Shown here one piece after another: positions 25,427 to 34,681 of a DNA stretch of 48,724 nt (its first letter is position 1; each line of letters starts with the position of its first letter). Source of the stretch: Bacteroidales bacterium. GTDB taxonomy: Bacteria > Bacteroidota > Bacteroidia > Bacteroidales > UBA12077. The translations under genes and the position numbers were made by a program. The notes below the pieces were generated by a model, which was given only the letters and a program-made list of their open reading frames with translations, was not told where the DNA came from and did no database searches. The stretch lies in contig JANQHR010000027.1 in NCBI GenBank assembly GCA_028282585.1, forward strand, positions 1 through 48,724, written 5' to 3'.

Positions 25427-27594
25427 TGGACATTAAAAGAATAAAAAAAATATTTGAATTACAACAGGATCAATCAGACTGCGGTGTTTCTTGCTTAAGA
25501 TCATTAACAAAGTTTTATGGGGGAGAAATTTCTTTAGAAAAGTTAAGAGAGTTAAGCGGGACCTCAATTCAGGGAACTACTTTGTTAGGTTTGTATCAAG
25601 GAGCAAACAAAGTTGGCTTTAAAGCCGATGGTTGCGAAGCAAACATTCAATCTTTAATTGACCATGGAAAACCACTTATATTGCATGTAACAATTGATAA
25701 TAGGTTACAACATTTTATCATCTGTTTTGGTTATGAAAATGACCAATTTATTATAGGAGATCCTGCCAAAGGAATCATTTACTATTCAAAAGAAGAACTA
25801 GATAAAATTTGGGTTTCCAAAACTTGTTTAACGCTGGAACCGGATAGGTCATTTCAAAAAACAGAAAATATCAGGGAATCTAAGAAAAAGTGGTTTAAAA
25901 ATTTGATCAGGGAAGACAAGGAAATATTAGCCATTAGTATAGTAGTTGGTTTAGTGGTTTCCATTTTAGGAATGATAATGTCAATATTTTCACAAAAACT
26001 AATTGATGAAATACTCCCTTCCAAAGATCTGCAAAAACTAATATTAAGCATCGTTCTAGTGGCTTTTTTACTTATTGCAAGAACAGGGTTCCTAGCGATC
26101 CGCCAGTTTTTACTCATAACCCAAAGTCGGCAATTTAATAAACGCATCATTGATACTTTCTATAATTCATTACTATACCTTCCCAAATCTTTTTTTGATA
26201 CACGAAGAACTGGAGAACTTATTGCAAGATTGAACGATACTGCCCGTGTGCAAAAAGTGATTACGCAAGTTATCGGAAATTATATTATTGATGGTCTTAT
26301 AGTTATTACCTCCACTACCATTTTATTCTATTATTCGTGGCAAACGGGATTGATTGCTATTTTGAGTATGCCATTTTATTTTTTACTTATCTACCGGTTT
26401 AACAAAAAGATTATTGCATCTCAAAAAGATGTCATGGCCGCTTATGCACATAGCGAAAGTAATTACGTTAGCACTATGTCGGGAATATCAGAAATTAAAA
26501 CCTTTAATAAACAACCATTTTTTGCTGATTTAAATAAAATCATTTATGGCAATCTTCAAGATAATGTGTTCAAATTAGGCAGGATAAATGTAAAATTGAG
26601 CTTTATAGCTGGTTTTACAGGTGTTTTGTTTTTAAGTCTGGTTTTAATATATAACTCATATCTTGTATACTCAGACAAGATTCTTCTGGGTAGTCTGATT
26701 GCTATTTTAGGAATATCGTCAACTCTTTTACCTTCTGTAAGCAACATCGCTCTCATTGCAATACCATTGAACGAAGCAAAAGTGGCTTTTAATCGAATGT
26801 ATGAGTTTACCAGCATTGCACCGGAGGATGAGACTATAAAAGAATCCAAAGAAATTAAGATAGAAAAATTAGAAGTTAAAAACCTGGCATTCAGGTTCCC
26901 TGGAAGAAAAAAGATTTTGGAGAATATTAACATCACATTACAAAAAGGCGAACTTATTTCTCTGATTGGTGAAAGTGGAAGTGGTAAGAGTACATTGGGT
27001 TACCTAATACAAAAATTTTATACTCCCGAATCAGGCACCATTATAATAAATGATCATTTAAATTTAAATGAATTAAACACGAATAAATGGAGAAATAAAA
27101 TAGGCGTTGTACCGCAGGATATACACATTTTTAATGGCACGGTTATAGAGAATATATGTCTGGGAAATGTACAACACGAAGGCGAAAATGTTCTAAAATT
27201 CTTAAAAGAAAATGGTTTTGCCCAATATATCGAAAGACTACCACAAAGTTTTGCAACAATTCTGGGCGAGGAAGGTATCAATTTATCTGGTGGGCAAAAA
27301 CAAATAATTGCACTTGCTAGGGCTTTATATAGAGATCCTCAACTTCTTATCCTTGATGAGGCAACTGCCGCTATGGACAGAGAAACGGAGAAATTTACAA
27401 TCGCATTATTACATAAACTAAAAAAAGAAAAAGCGATCTTCTATATTTCACACCGCCTGCATGTTTTAAAAAAAATTAGTGATAAAATCTATATACTTCA
27501 AGATGGTAAAATACAAAACGTCGGTACACATTGGGAATTACTATCACACGAAAATGTTTACAGTGATTACTGGAAAGGGTTAACAGAAGTTTAG
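25426..27594 (+). CDS. Peptidase C39-containing ABC transporter (bacteriocin processing/export)
   Basis: QQDQSDCG (Cys), QHF (His), GDPA (Asp); TM domain; GESGSGKS, LSGGQ, LLILDE. Confidence 0.96.
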   Translation: MDIKRIKKIFELQQDQSDCGVSCLRSLTKFYGGEISLEKLRELSGTSIQGTTLLGLYQGANKVGFKADGCEANIQSLIDHGKPLILHVTIDNRLQHFIICFGYENDQFIIGDPAKGIIYYSKEELDKIWVSKTCLTLEPDRSFQKTENIRESKKKWFKNLIREDKEILAISIVVGLVVSILGMIMSIFSQKLIDEILPSKDLQKLILSIVLVAFLLIARTGFLAIRQFLLITQSRQFNKRIIDTFYNSLLYLPKSFFDTRRTGELIARLNDTARVQKVITQVIGNYIIDGLIVITSTTILFYYSWQTGLIAILSMPFYFLLIYRFNKKIIASQKDVMAAYAHSESNYVSTMSGISEIKTFNKQPFFADLNKIIYGNLQDNVFKLGRINVKLSFIAGFTGVLFLSLVLIYNSYLVYSDKILLGSLIAILGISSTLLPSVSNIALIAIPLNEAKVAFNRMYEFTSIAPEDETIKESKEIKIEKLEVKNLAFRFPGRKKILENINITLQKGELISLIGESGSGKSTLGYLIQKFYTPESGTIIINDHLNLNELNTNKWRNKIGVVPQDIHIFNGTVIENICLGNVQHEGENVLKFLKENGFAQYIERLPQSFATILGEEGINLSGGQKQIIALARALYRDPQLLILDEATAAMDRETEKFTIALLHKLKKEKAIFYISHRLHVLKKISDKIYILQDGKIQNVGTHWELLSHENVYSDYWKGLTEV

Positions 27595-27601
27595 CATGAA
27601 A

Positions 27602-28594
27602 TCATTTATAAAAGTTTTTCTTATAAGCATGAAACTCATCCTGTTTTAGTATAAGTCGTTTATAGAACGATTTAATAAAGCCAAATCCATATGCCATTAA
27701 TTGTATAAAACTTGCGAAAATTGATAGGATTGCAACCTTTATGTTCTTGTTTAATCTAAACGAATCTAGAAAAATAATAATAGTAAATAATGCTAGTGGT
27801 AACAAAAAGAACAAACTAATCAAGCTTAAGATTAAAAGCAAAATAGATCCTAATAAAAATGAAGCTGGCAAGAAATGAACTAATTTTAACGAATTTGGAT
27901 GACGTTTATACAAATTGATTCTTGCAATACCGGAATTATAAACCTGCTTGAAAAATTTTCTAAAATCAACTCTCCTTTTATGATAAACTGCAGCATCTTT
28001 GATTAACGTTGTAGAAAATCCATTATCAATAATTCTAAGGCTCATATCAACATCTTCTCCAAAACGCATCTTTGAGAATCCTTTTGTTTTTCCGAAAACC
28101 TCCTTTGTAAAACCCATATTAAAACTTCGCGGATGAAATTTCTTTTCATTCTTCATGCCACCACGAATACCTCCTGTGGTAAAAAAGGAAGTCATTGAGT
28201 AATTAATGGATTTTTGAATAGGTGTAAAATCCGGATGCGCCATATCCGGGCCACCAAATGCATCTACCGGTTCTTTTTCTAATCTTTCATTTACAATTTC
28301 AAAATACTTTTCAGGAATTATACAATCACTATCAAAGAAAATATGATAATCCCCTCCTGCTCTTTCTGATCCGTAATTTCTTGATTGACCCGGCCCCGAA
28401 TTTGATTTAAAGAAATACTTTATCTCTAAATCTTTTTGGTAATCTTCAACTATTTTATCACTTTTCAGTTCGGAGCCATCCTCTACTACGATCACTTCAA
28501 AATTCTTATAAGTTTGATTCTTTAAGCTTTCCAAAAGCTCTTTCAACTCATCAGGGCGGTTATATACGGGTATTATTACGCTAAATTTAATCAT
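27602..28594 (-). CDS. Glycosyltransferase family 2
   Basis: FSVIIPVYNRP, VEDGS, FFDSDC, PRSFNMG, GEDVD. Confidence 0.93.
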   Translation of the reverse strand: MIKFSVIIPVYNRPDELKELLESLKNQTYKNFEVIVVEDGSELKSDKIVEDYQKDLEIKYFFKSNSGPGQSRNYGSERAGGDYHIFFDSDCIIPEKYFEIVNERLEKEPVDAFGGPDMAHPDFTPIQKSINYSMTSFFTTGGIRGGMKNEKKFHPRSFNMGFTKEVFGKTKGFSKMRFGEDVDMSLRIIDNGFSTTLIKDAAVYHKRRVDFRKFFKQVYNSGIARINLYKRHPNSLKLVHFLPASFLLGSILLLILSLISLFFLLPLALFTIIIFLDSFRLNKNIKVAILSIFASFIQLMAYGFGFIKSFYKRLILKQDEFHAYKKNFYK

Positions 28595-29051
28595 TACAAT
28601 ACTTCTCTTTTAGGAGATTTACAACTTTTTTATCAACCGGAAAGGTCATTTCTTCAACTTTCAATTCATCAAGTTTAACCCAACGAAACGACTGTGCTCC
28701 ATTCTTTTCTTCTTCATAATCAAATGGTTTCCCTGAAACCTTAAATCTTATCGTATCAATAAATTTCGCAAAATAATAAATACTTACCAATTGAGCATCA
28801 TTATAAAATTGTGTTGGCTGGAAATAATCCGTAGTATAAAAATGATCTAACACCTTAATTTCCTGCCCCAATTCCTCGATTGCCTCCCTTTTAATACAAT
28901 CAATTGCTCCCTCGCCAAAATGCATTCCTCCACCGGGAAATTTAGTCATTCGCATATCTAATTGAAATTCATCGCTAATTAAGATCTCTTCATTTGAATT
29001 TAATATAAGGGCATAAACACGGATGATATATCTGTTAATCCTTGAATTCAT
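28587..29051 (-). CDS. NUDIX hydrolase
   Basis: Nudix box GGGMHFGEGAIDCIKREAIEELG. Confidence 0.9.
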   Translation of the reverse strand: MNSRINRYIIRVYALILNSNEEILISDEFQLDMRMTKFPGGGMHFGEGAIDCIKREAIEELGQEIKVLDHFYTTDYFQPTQFYNDAQLVSIYYFAKFIDTIRFKVSGKPFDYEEEKNGAQSFRWVKLDELKVEEMTFPVDKKVVNLLKEKYCND

Positions 29052-29948
29052 TCAAAGTTTTGATTTAATAAATTCTATAATATTCTCCTTTTTTTCCGGA
29101 TGAAACCAAACAATTTCCTTATCACGAGAAAACCAGGAAATTTGTCTTTTTGCATAATGCCTGGAATTCCTTTTAATAAGTTCAATAGCTTTTTCTTGTG
29201 TTATCTTTCCATCAAAGCATTCAAACAACTCTTTGTAACCAACGGTATTCAAAGAGTTCAAATTACGATCCTTAAAATACCTTTTTGCTTCTTTAATCAA
29301 TCCTTCTTCTACCATCTGATCGACCCGAACATTAATTCTTTCATATAACTCTTCACGGTCTCTTTCTAATCCAATCTTAATAATATTAAAATCCCGTTCT
29401 TTTTTAGATTCTGTTAAAAAGGAAGAATATGGCTTTCCGGTTTGTATGCTTACTTCCAGCACCTTAAGTATTCTTTTAGGATTTTTTAAATCAATCTTCT
29501 CATATGATATTGGATCAAGCAACTTCAATTGCCATCTCAAGCTTTCTATACCTTCTTCTTCATATTTTTTGATTAAATCATTGCGTAGCTTAAGATCTAT
29601 TGTAGGTAAATCATCAATTCCATCACACACAGCGTTAATATACATTCCCGAACCTCCTGTCATCACAACCTCATCAAATTTTTGATATAGCTCTTTTAAG
29701 GTAAACAACACCTCAACTTCGAACATACTGGCATTGTAATAATCATAAATAGATTTATTTCCAATAAAATGATGTTTAACTTTTGATAACTGATCTTCAG
29801 TTGGGACTGCTGTTCCAATTTCTAGTTCCTTGTATACCTGCCTTGAATCCGAAGAAATAATTTCTGTATTAAATTCCTGTGCAATTTCTATGCTCAAATC
29901 GGTTTTTCCAATTCCTGTTGGTCCTAATATTACAATTAGAGTATTCAT
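29052..29948 (-). CDS. miaA: tRNA dimethylallyltransferase
   Basis: GPTGIGKT, DSRQVY, GGSGMY, TVGYKE, YAKRQISWF. Confidence 0.96.
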   Translation of the reverse strand: MNTLIVILGPTGIGKTDLSIEIAQEFNTEIISSDSRQVYKELEIGTAVPTEDQLSKVKHHFIGNKSIYDYYNASMFEVEVLFTLKELYQKFDEVVMTGGSGMYINAVCDGIDDLPTIDLKLRNDLIKKYEEEGIESLRWQLKLLDPISYEKIDLKNPKRILKVLEVSIQTGKPYSSFLTESKKERDFNIIKIGLERDREELYERINVRVDQMVEEGLIKEAKRYFKDRNLNSLNTVGYKELFECFDGKITQEKAIELIKRNSRHYAKRQISWFSRDKEIVWFHPEKKENIIEFIKSKL

Positions 29949-29955
29949 ATACTGA

Positions 29956-30999
29956 TTATAACCTTAATAAAAACTCCATTGTGTCGATATTATCCGCATA
30001 ATCCCATAATTCAGGCTGCTGTGCTTTCCCAAAATGAATAGTGTTTTCGATAAGATTTGGTTTAGAAACTACACACTGAATTTGATCTTTATTTAAATGA
30101 ATGTATTCCTTTGCATTATTTATATCATCATAGTATTGAAAATAAACAACTCCTATAGGAGATGAAAGGCCTTCATCTTCTTTTAAAATAACAAAACCAT
30201 TATCAAAATGCTGAATCTGGTTCATCAGATAAATGGATTTATTATAGTCGTAATTATTTGCATATTTATTATGATTATAAACAGGAAAAAATTCTTGTAA
30301 ATTTTCAAAGAATGAATCAAATGAATAATCTTTTGGAAAAAAAATCTTGGATATATTTCTACAACCTAAACCAAAATAACTAAAAATATCATCTCCTAAC
30401 GTTTTCAGTTCTTCATCTGTTTCATTTCCATACAGAATTGCAACGGAATTTCTGTTTTTTCGAATAATATGAGGATATTTGCCAAAGTAATACTCAAAAT
30501 ACCTTGATGTATTATTGCTGCCAGTTGCTATTACAGCGTCAAAATTTTCAAGTTTGTTACCGGTAAATTCAATTAAACTAGTAAAATCTGTATTTAGTTT
30601 GATTAAATAGTCCGCAATGAATTTTAATAAACGATTATCTTTGGTTGATAGTTTACCTATAAACCTATTTCCCGAAATTAAAACCGTTAAAAAATCATGA
30701 AATCCAACTAAAGGAATATTACCGGCAGTAATAACCCCAATATTTTTTTTCGAATAATACTTTTCTATGTCAGGGTAATTATCTATCCACTTTTCTAACT
30801 TTTCCGGCATGAGTGAATCACCAATAGCTGAGATAGCCCGTTTAATATTTTTCTTTGTAAACCAAGCATTTAGAATATGATCATTTGATACAATGTTATC
30901 CAGTTTAACACTAAATTCTGAATCTAAATTTCCTAACGAATAGCTCCTAAGAAACTCTCCTAATTGAATAAATGAGTCTTTGCATTGGTTAAATTCCAT
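29956..30999 (-). CDS. Acyl-CoA reductase (LuxC-like) family protein
   Basis: AGNIPLVGFHD, IATGSNNTSRYF, YFGLGCRN, LWDYADNIDT. Confidence 0.88.
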   Translation of the reverse strand: MEFNQCKDSFIQLGEFLRSYSLGNLDSEFSVKLDNIVSNDHILNAWFTKKNIKRAISAIGDSLMPEKLEKWIDNYPDIEKYYSKKNIGVITAGNIPLVGFHDFLTVLISGNRFIGKLSTKDNRLLKFIADYLIKLNTDFTSLIEFTGNKLENFDAVIATGSNNTSRYFEYYFGKYPHIIRKNRNSVAILYGNETDEELKTLGDDIFSYFGLGCRNISKIFFPKDYSFDSFFENLQEFFPVYNHNKYANNYDYNKSIYLMNQIQHFDNGFVILKEDEGLSSPIGVVYFQYYDDINNAKEYIHLNKDQIQCVVSKPNLIENTIHFGKAQQPELWDYADNIDTMEFLLRL

Positions 31000-31030
31000 G
31001 TCGGAAAATTACGGATTTTGTGCGCAAAAT

Positions 31031-31061
31031 AAAAAAAGGATGATCAGTTAAATGATCACCC
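31031..31061 (-). terminator. Intrinsic terminator (minus strand)
   Basis: GGGTGATCA-loop-TGATCATCC followed by T7 on the minus strand. Confidence 0.65.
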
Positions 31062-31085
31062 ACATATATTAAACTTAATTCAGAT

Positions 31086-31451
31086 TTAGAATGATTCCCA
31101 AGGAAACTGGGTAAACAATGTACCAAGTGCCACTCCTACAATTGCTACATAAATTATAACTACAATAATGTAAAGTGATGATAGTGCTGTACCAATTATA
31201 GCACATATTCTACCAGCCTTCATGTTTTTAAACGATCCTTCGGTGTACAAGGAAGGGTTTTCATCATAAAGAGCTCTGGCTTTACCGGATAAAACCAACG
31301 CTATAATTCCTAGTACAACTCCAAATAAACCATAGCAAAAACACATTACTATCGATAAAATACCCAACACCAACACACCCGTTGAATTCGGCAATGGTTG
31401 TTGAGCTGAAGGATTAACATTTTGTTGCTGCGTAATTGTTTCGTTTTCCAT
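31086..31451 (-). CDS. CCC-motif/DUF4190-like membrane protein
   Basis: LPNSTGVLVLGILSIVMCFCYG..AGRICAIIG. Confidence 0.8.
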   Translation of the reverse strand: MENETITQQQNVNPSAQQPLPNSTGVLVLGILSIVMCFCYGLFGVVLGIIALVLSGKARALYDENPSLYTEGSFKNMKAGRICAIIGTALSSLYIIVVIIYVAIVGVALGTLFTQFPWESF

Positions 31452-31464
31452 TTAATTAAGGTCT

Positions 31465-31764
31465 TTAAGTTAATAATTTATAAATATAGTTTAAAACCAT
31501 TATAGATACATTAATTATAAATATTATTTTAATGATATTTGCTCCATTCTTGAACTTAAAAATTAAATGCAATACTAAATATGACATCAAAAAAATGGTG
31601 GGTATTAATGCTGGATATAAAACAAAACTCTCATACAAATTACCTTTTAAAAGTTCAATAAATGACCTTTGCATACCACATCCCGGACATTCAATTCCTA
31701 GATACTTTTTGTAGGTACAGGATGTCATATGCGATTCAAGCCATTCTATTAATTTACCGGCCAT
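31465..31764 (-). CDS. DUF2752 family membrane protein
   Basis: C..K..GIECPGCGMQRS motif followed by TMs. Confidence 0.85.
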   Translation of the reverse strand: MAGKLIEWLESHMTSCTYKKYLGIECPGCGMQRSFIELLKGNLYESFVLYPALIPTIFLMSYLVLHLIFKFKNGANIIKIIFIINVSIMVLNYIYKLLT

Positions 31765-31815
31765 ATCAAAAATATTCTGTTCAAATATAGTATTTGTTCT
31801 TTATTTTAAAAATTG

Positions 31816-32652
31816 TCATTGTGAGTTGGAGAATAGTATAGAAACATAATCTACTACTTCATTTGATGGTATAACTTCTCCAGAATGTCCAATCTTTAAT
31901 ACATTTACTTTGGGTTCTACACTAATAAGCTTAGAATATTCTATTAAAGTCATAATCGGGCCAAATCCACAAACGGATATATTCTTTTTTCGAACCACAT
32001 TTTCAATTGCTTCTGAATCTAGTGCAATAATATTCTCTAAAACGTATGAATCTTTTTCTCTTCCTTCTTCAGGTGATAAAAAATGAGAAAAATCCGAAGA
32101 TGCAATAAGTAATATTTTTCTATCAAGTACTGAAGCACTTTCCATTAATCTTTCTGCCAAAAATTTCGCATTCTTAAACGTTTGATTTGATAGAGTAATT
32201 GGAGCAATTTTATATTCATAATCTAAAAAATGCTGAAGAAAGGGTACCATCACCTCGCCAGAATGTTCTTGCTTTTGTTCAATTTCAGAAATTTCAATTC
32301 CGAGGCTTAAGCCAAATTCCGTGTCTAAAGAAACTGCTCCTAATGGTGTTTCCCATAAGTCATTAGAATCAAAAGCTATTTCATGCCCCAACCCTGTATG
32401 GTTTGGATTTACAATTACAACAGTATCAAATCTCTGATCAGTTTGCCTTATAATTTCAAAAAAATGTACAGCCTGATAAGCGGAAAACATATAACCGGCA
32501 TGAGGAACTACCCCACCAACTAAATGATTGTTTTTTAGATCAATATTAATTTTTGAGAGTTCCTTTTTTCTAATCGATTCTAATTGCTCAACTAAAGCAT
32601 CTTTATCGGCCGGGTAAAATCTACCGGCTATTGCTGACTTCCTAACTTTCAT
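31816..32652 (-). CDS. amrB: AmmeMemoRadiSam system protein B (MEMO1 family)
   Basis: AGRFYP, PHAGYMFS, PNHTG, EHSGEV, ASSDFSH, SVCGFGP. Confidence 0.92.
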   Translation of the reverse strand: MKVRKSAIAGRFYPADKDALVEQLESIRKKELSKINIDLKNNHLVGGVVPHAGYMFSAYQAVHFFEIIRQTDQRFDTVVIVNPNHTGLGHEIAFDSNDLWETPLGAVSLDTEFGLSLGIEISEIEQKQEHSGEVMVPFLQHFLDYEYKIAPITLSNQTFKNAKFLAERLMESASVLDRKILLIASSDFSHFLSPEEGREKDSYVLENIIALDSEAIENVVRKKNISVCGFGPIMTLIEYSKLISVEPKVNVLKIGHSGEVIPSNEVVDYVSILFSNSQ

Positions 32653-32657
32653 AACTT

Positions 32658-33668
32658 CTAATTTAAATAGTCAAACACATGAGTATCGCAGTTTATACAG
32701 TTTCCATAACTGTTTACATTATGCTTCTGAACTACATATCCGGTTCTACTAATCAATAATTCTCCACAACCTGGACAATTTGTATTGTTACTTTCAGGTA
32801 ATAAAACATTACCAAGAAAAACAAAATCCAAGTGTTCATTAGCTATCTGGTTTAACTCCAACATTTTTTCAATTGGCGTAGATGCTACTTTTAGCTTATA
32901 GGTTGGATAATATTTCGAAATATGTAAAACAGTTTGTTTACCTATGTTTTCACTTATCCATTTTACCATTAACCTAAACTCTTCCGTATCATCGTTCAAA
33001 CCAGGAATAATTAAATTCGTAATTTCGAGATGCTTATTTGCCCTGGCTACATTTATCAATGTATTTTTAACAGCTTCCAATCCCGACTTAGTATACTTTA
33101 TAAAAAAATCCTGATTAAATGCTTTCAAATCTACACTATACGCATCGATAAAATTGTTTAGCTCATTTAATGGCTCCTGATTAATAAAACCGTTTGTAAC
33201 CATTACATTGTTCAGGTTATTTTCTTTTGCCTTTTTAGCCGTATCCAACATAAACTCGAAAAAAACAATTGGCTCATTGTATGTATAAGCAATACCATAA
33301 TTTCTTTCTTTGGAATTTGCAATTTTTATGATTTCATTAGAACTCATTTTTTCAGTTCCTCTTTTAAAATCTTTAACCGAAGTTTGAGAAATCTGCCAAT
33401 TCTGGCAAAACTGACACTGCAAGTTACAACCAATACTTCCAATGGACAAAATCTCAGATCCGGGATAAAAATGATATAAAGGTTTTTTCTCTATTGGATC
33501 AAAACCTATTGATGAGATTTTGCCGTAATTTTTAGCAAAAAGAACTCCGTTTCTATTTTGACGAACTTTACATATACCTGTCTTACTATCATTTATCCAA
33601 CAATTATGCGGGCATAAATTGCAAACAACCTGATCATTGGTTTCTTTTTGATAGTAAAGTGCTTCCAT
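32658..33668 (-). CDS. amrS: AmmeMemoRadiSam system radical SAM enzyme
   Basis: CNLCPHNC, DPIEKKPLYHF, CxxxCxxC as CNLQCQFC, AYTYNEP. Confidence 0.94.
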   Translation of the reverse strand: MEALYYQKETNDQVVCNLCPHNCWINDSKTGICKVRQNRNGVLFAKNYGKISSIGFDPIEKKPLYHFYPGSEILSIGSIGCNLQCQFCQNWQISQTSVKDFKRGTEKMSSNEIIKIANSKERNYGIAYTYNEPIVFFEFMLDTAKKAKENNLNNVMVTNGFINQEPLNELNNFIDAYSVDLKAFNQDFFIKYTKSGLEAVKNTLINVARANKHLEITNLIIPGLNDDTEEFRLMVKWISENIGKQTVLHISKYYPTYKLKVASTPIEKMLELNQIANEHLDFVFLGNVLLPESNNTNCPGCGELLISRTGYVVQKHNVNSYGNCINCDTHVFDYLN

Positions 33669-33670
33669 AT

Positions 33671-33940
33671 CTATTTTATTCCAAAGTTCCTGTAATTATT
33701 AAACGGAATTTCAACTACTTTAACATCATCTACACGCGACCATGAGGGGCCTTGTTTACACCAAACAATAAATTGTTCTAATACTTCCGGTTCACCATCT
33801 GCTTCAATGTAAACACTACCATCGGTCCTATTTTTAACAAATCCGGTTATTCCCAGTTCATTTGCCTTTTGTAAAGCGCTGTATCGAAACCCAACACCCT
33901 GGACTTTACCATAAATATTTATTTTAATACTCTTCAACAT
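33671..33940 (-). CDS. acyP: Acylphosphatase
   Basis: GKVQGVGFRY, GFVKNRTDGSV. Confidence 0.94.
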   Translation of the reverse strand: MLKSIKINIYGKVQGVGFRYSALQKANELGITGFVKNRTDGSVYIEADGEPEVLEQFIVWCKQGPSWSRVDDVKVVEIPFNNYRNFGIK

Positions 33941-33941
33941 A

Positions 33942-34472
33942 TTAATCGTAGCGTGTCGATTTAAAATAAAACAATTCCAAACTCGAAGTATCTTCAGTTA
34001 TTTCATAATCAGATTTTATTTTTTCAATTTGTTTATCAACAGTTTTTACACCTTTTATGTTTGGCATAATAAATCCTTTTTTCCCTGATTTATCTTTAAT
34101 AATCAAGCCATGTTTTTGAGGTTTGAGTTCTCCAGTATCCTCAACTTTATGAGGCGATGATAAAACATCTACAAACACTTTTATTTGATTCAGCTGATCG
34201 TTTTTTACAGGCCCATTACTTTTATCTTTTGAAGCGGCTCCTATTGCATTCTCAATGATTTCATCATATAAAAAATCATTTTTAGAGTCCACATCTCCAT
34301 ACTGCCCAATAAAATTATCATTCAAATCATAAATTGAAACTATACATGCCATTTTCAATTTTAGGTCAGCAGGAATTTTATCTTCACTTGTTTTTCTTAC
34401 TTGCCCTGTGGAAACAAAAAATAAAATAGCATCAAATGCAATTTTTGCATAATTCGTTTTGGGTGTAAACAT
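33942..34472 (-). CDS. Divergent AMMECR1-domain protein (AmrA-like)
   Basis: EIIENAIGAA..VDVLS..PQKHGLII..GFIMP; operon context with amrS/amrB. Canonical LRGCIG and DPRF motifs are replaced. Confidence 0.75.
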   Translation of the reverse strand: MFTPKTNYAKIAFDAILFFVSTGQVRKTSEDKIPADLKLKMACIVSIYDLNDNFIGQYGDVDSKNDFLYDEIIENAIGAASKDKSNGPVKNDQLNQIKVFVDVLSSPHKVEDTGELKPQKHGLIIKDKSGKKGFIMPNIKGVKTVDKQIEKIKSDYEITEDTSSLELFYFKSTRYD

Positions 34473-34681
34473 AATTCTTGTATTTATTTTTTTGATTTAG
34501 TATGATATGGTAAGTTATCAAAATCATTTGATTACAATTAGCATTTTTCATAAAGTTTGCCAATCTATAGAGGTAAAATTACGAATTTCATCAATCAAGT
34601 TCAATGATTTCAATATATAAAACAAGATTTTATTTGTAACCTTATACACTTATATTAAATTTGAAGATATAAACATGGAGT

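Noticed and set aside
24880-27281. Antisense ORFs here and similar short opposite-strand or alternate-frame ORFs throughout the track (e.g. 24..233, 12068..12337, 29446..29685, 47621..47890)
   Set aside because: Shadows of well-supported genes, with no recognisable motifs.
29956-30999. Bioluminescence (lux) operon
   Set aside because: Lone LuxC-like reductase of a type common in Bacteroidota; no luxAB/D/E adjacent.
32658-33668. Radical SAM maturase for the GG peptides
   Set aside because: It is a typical AmrS in its own operon, 5 kb away on the other strand, without SPASM/RRE features.
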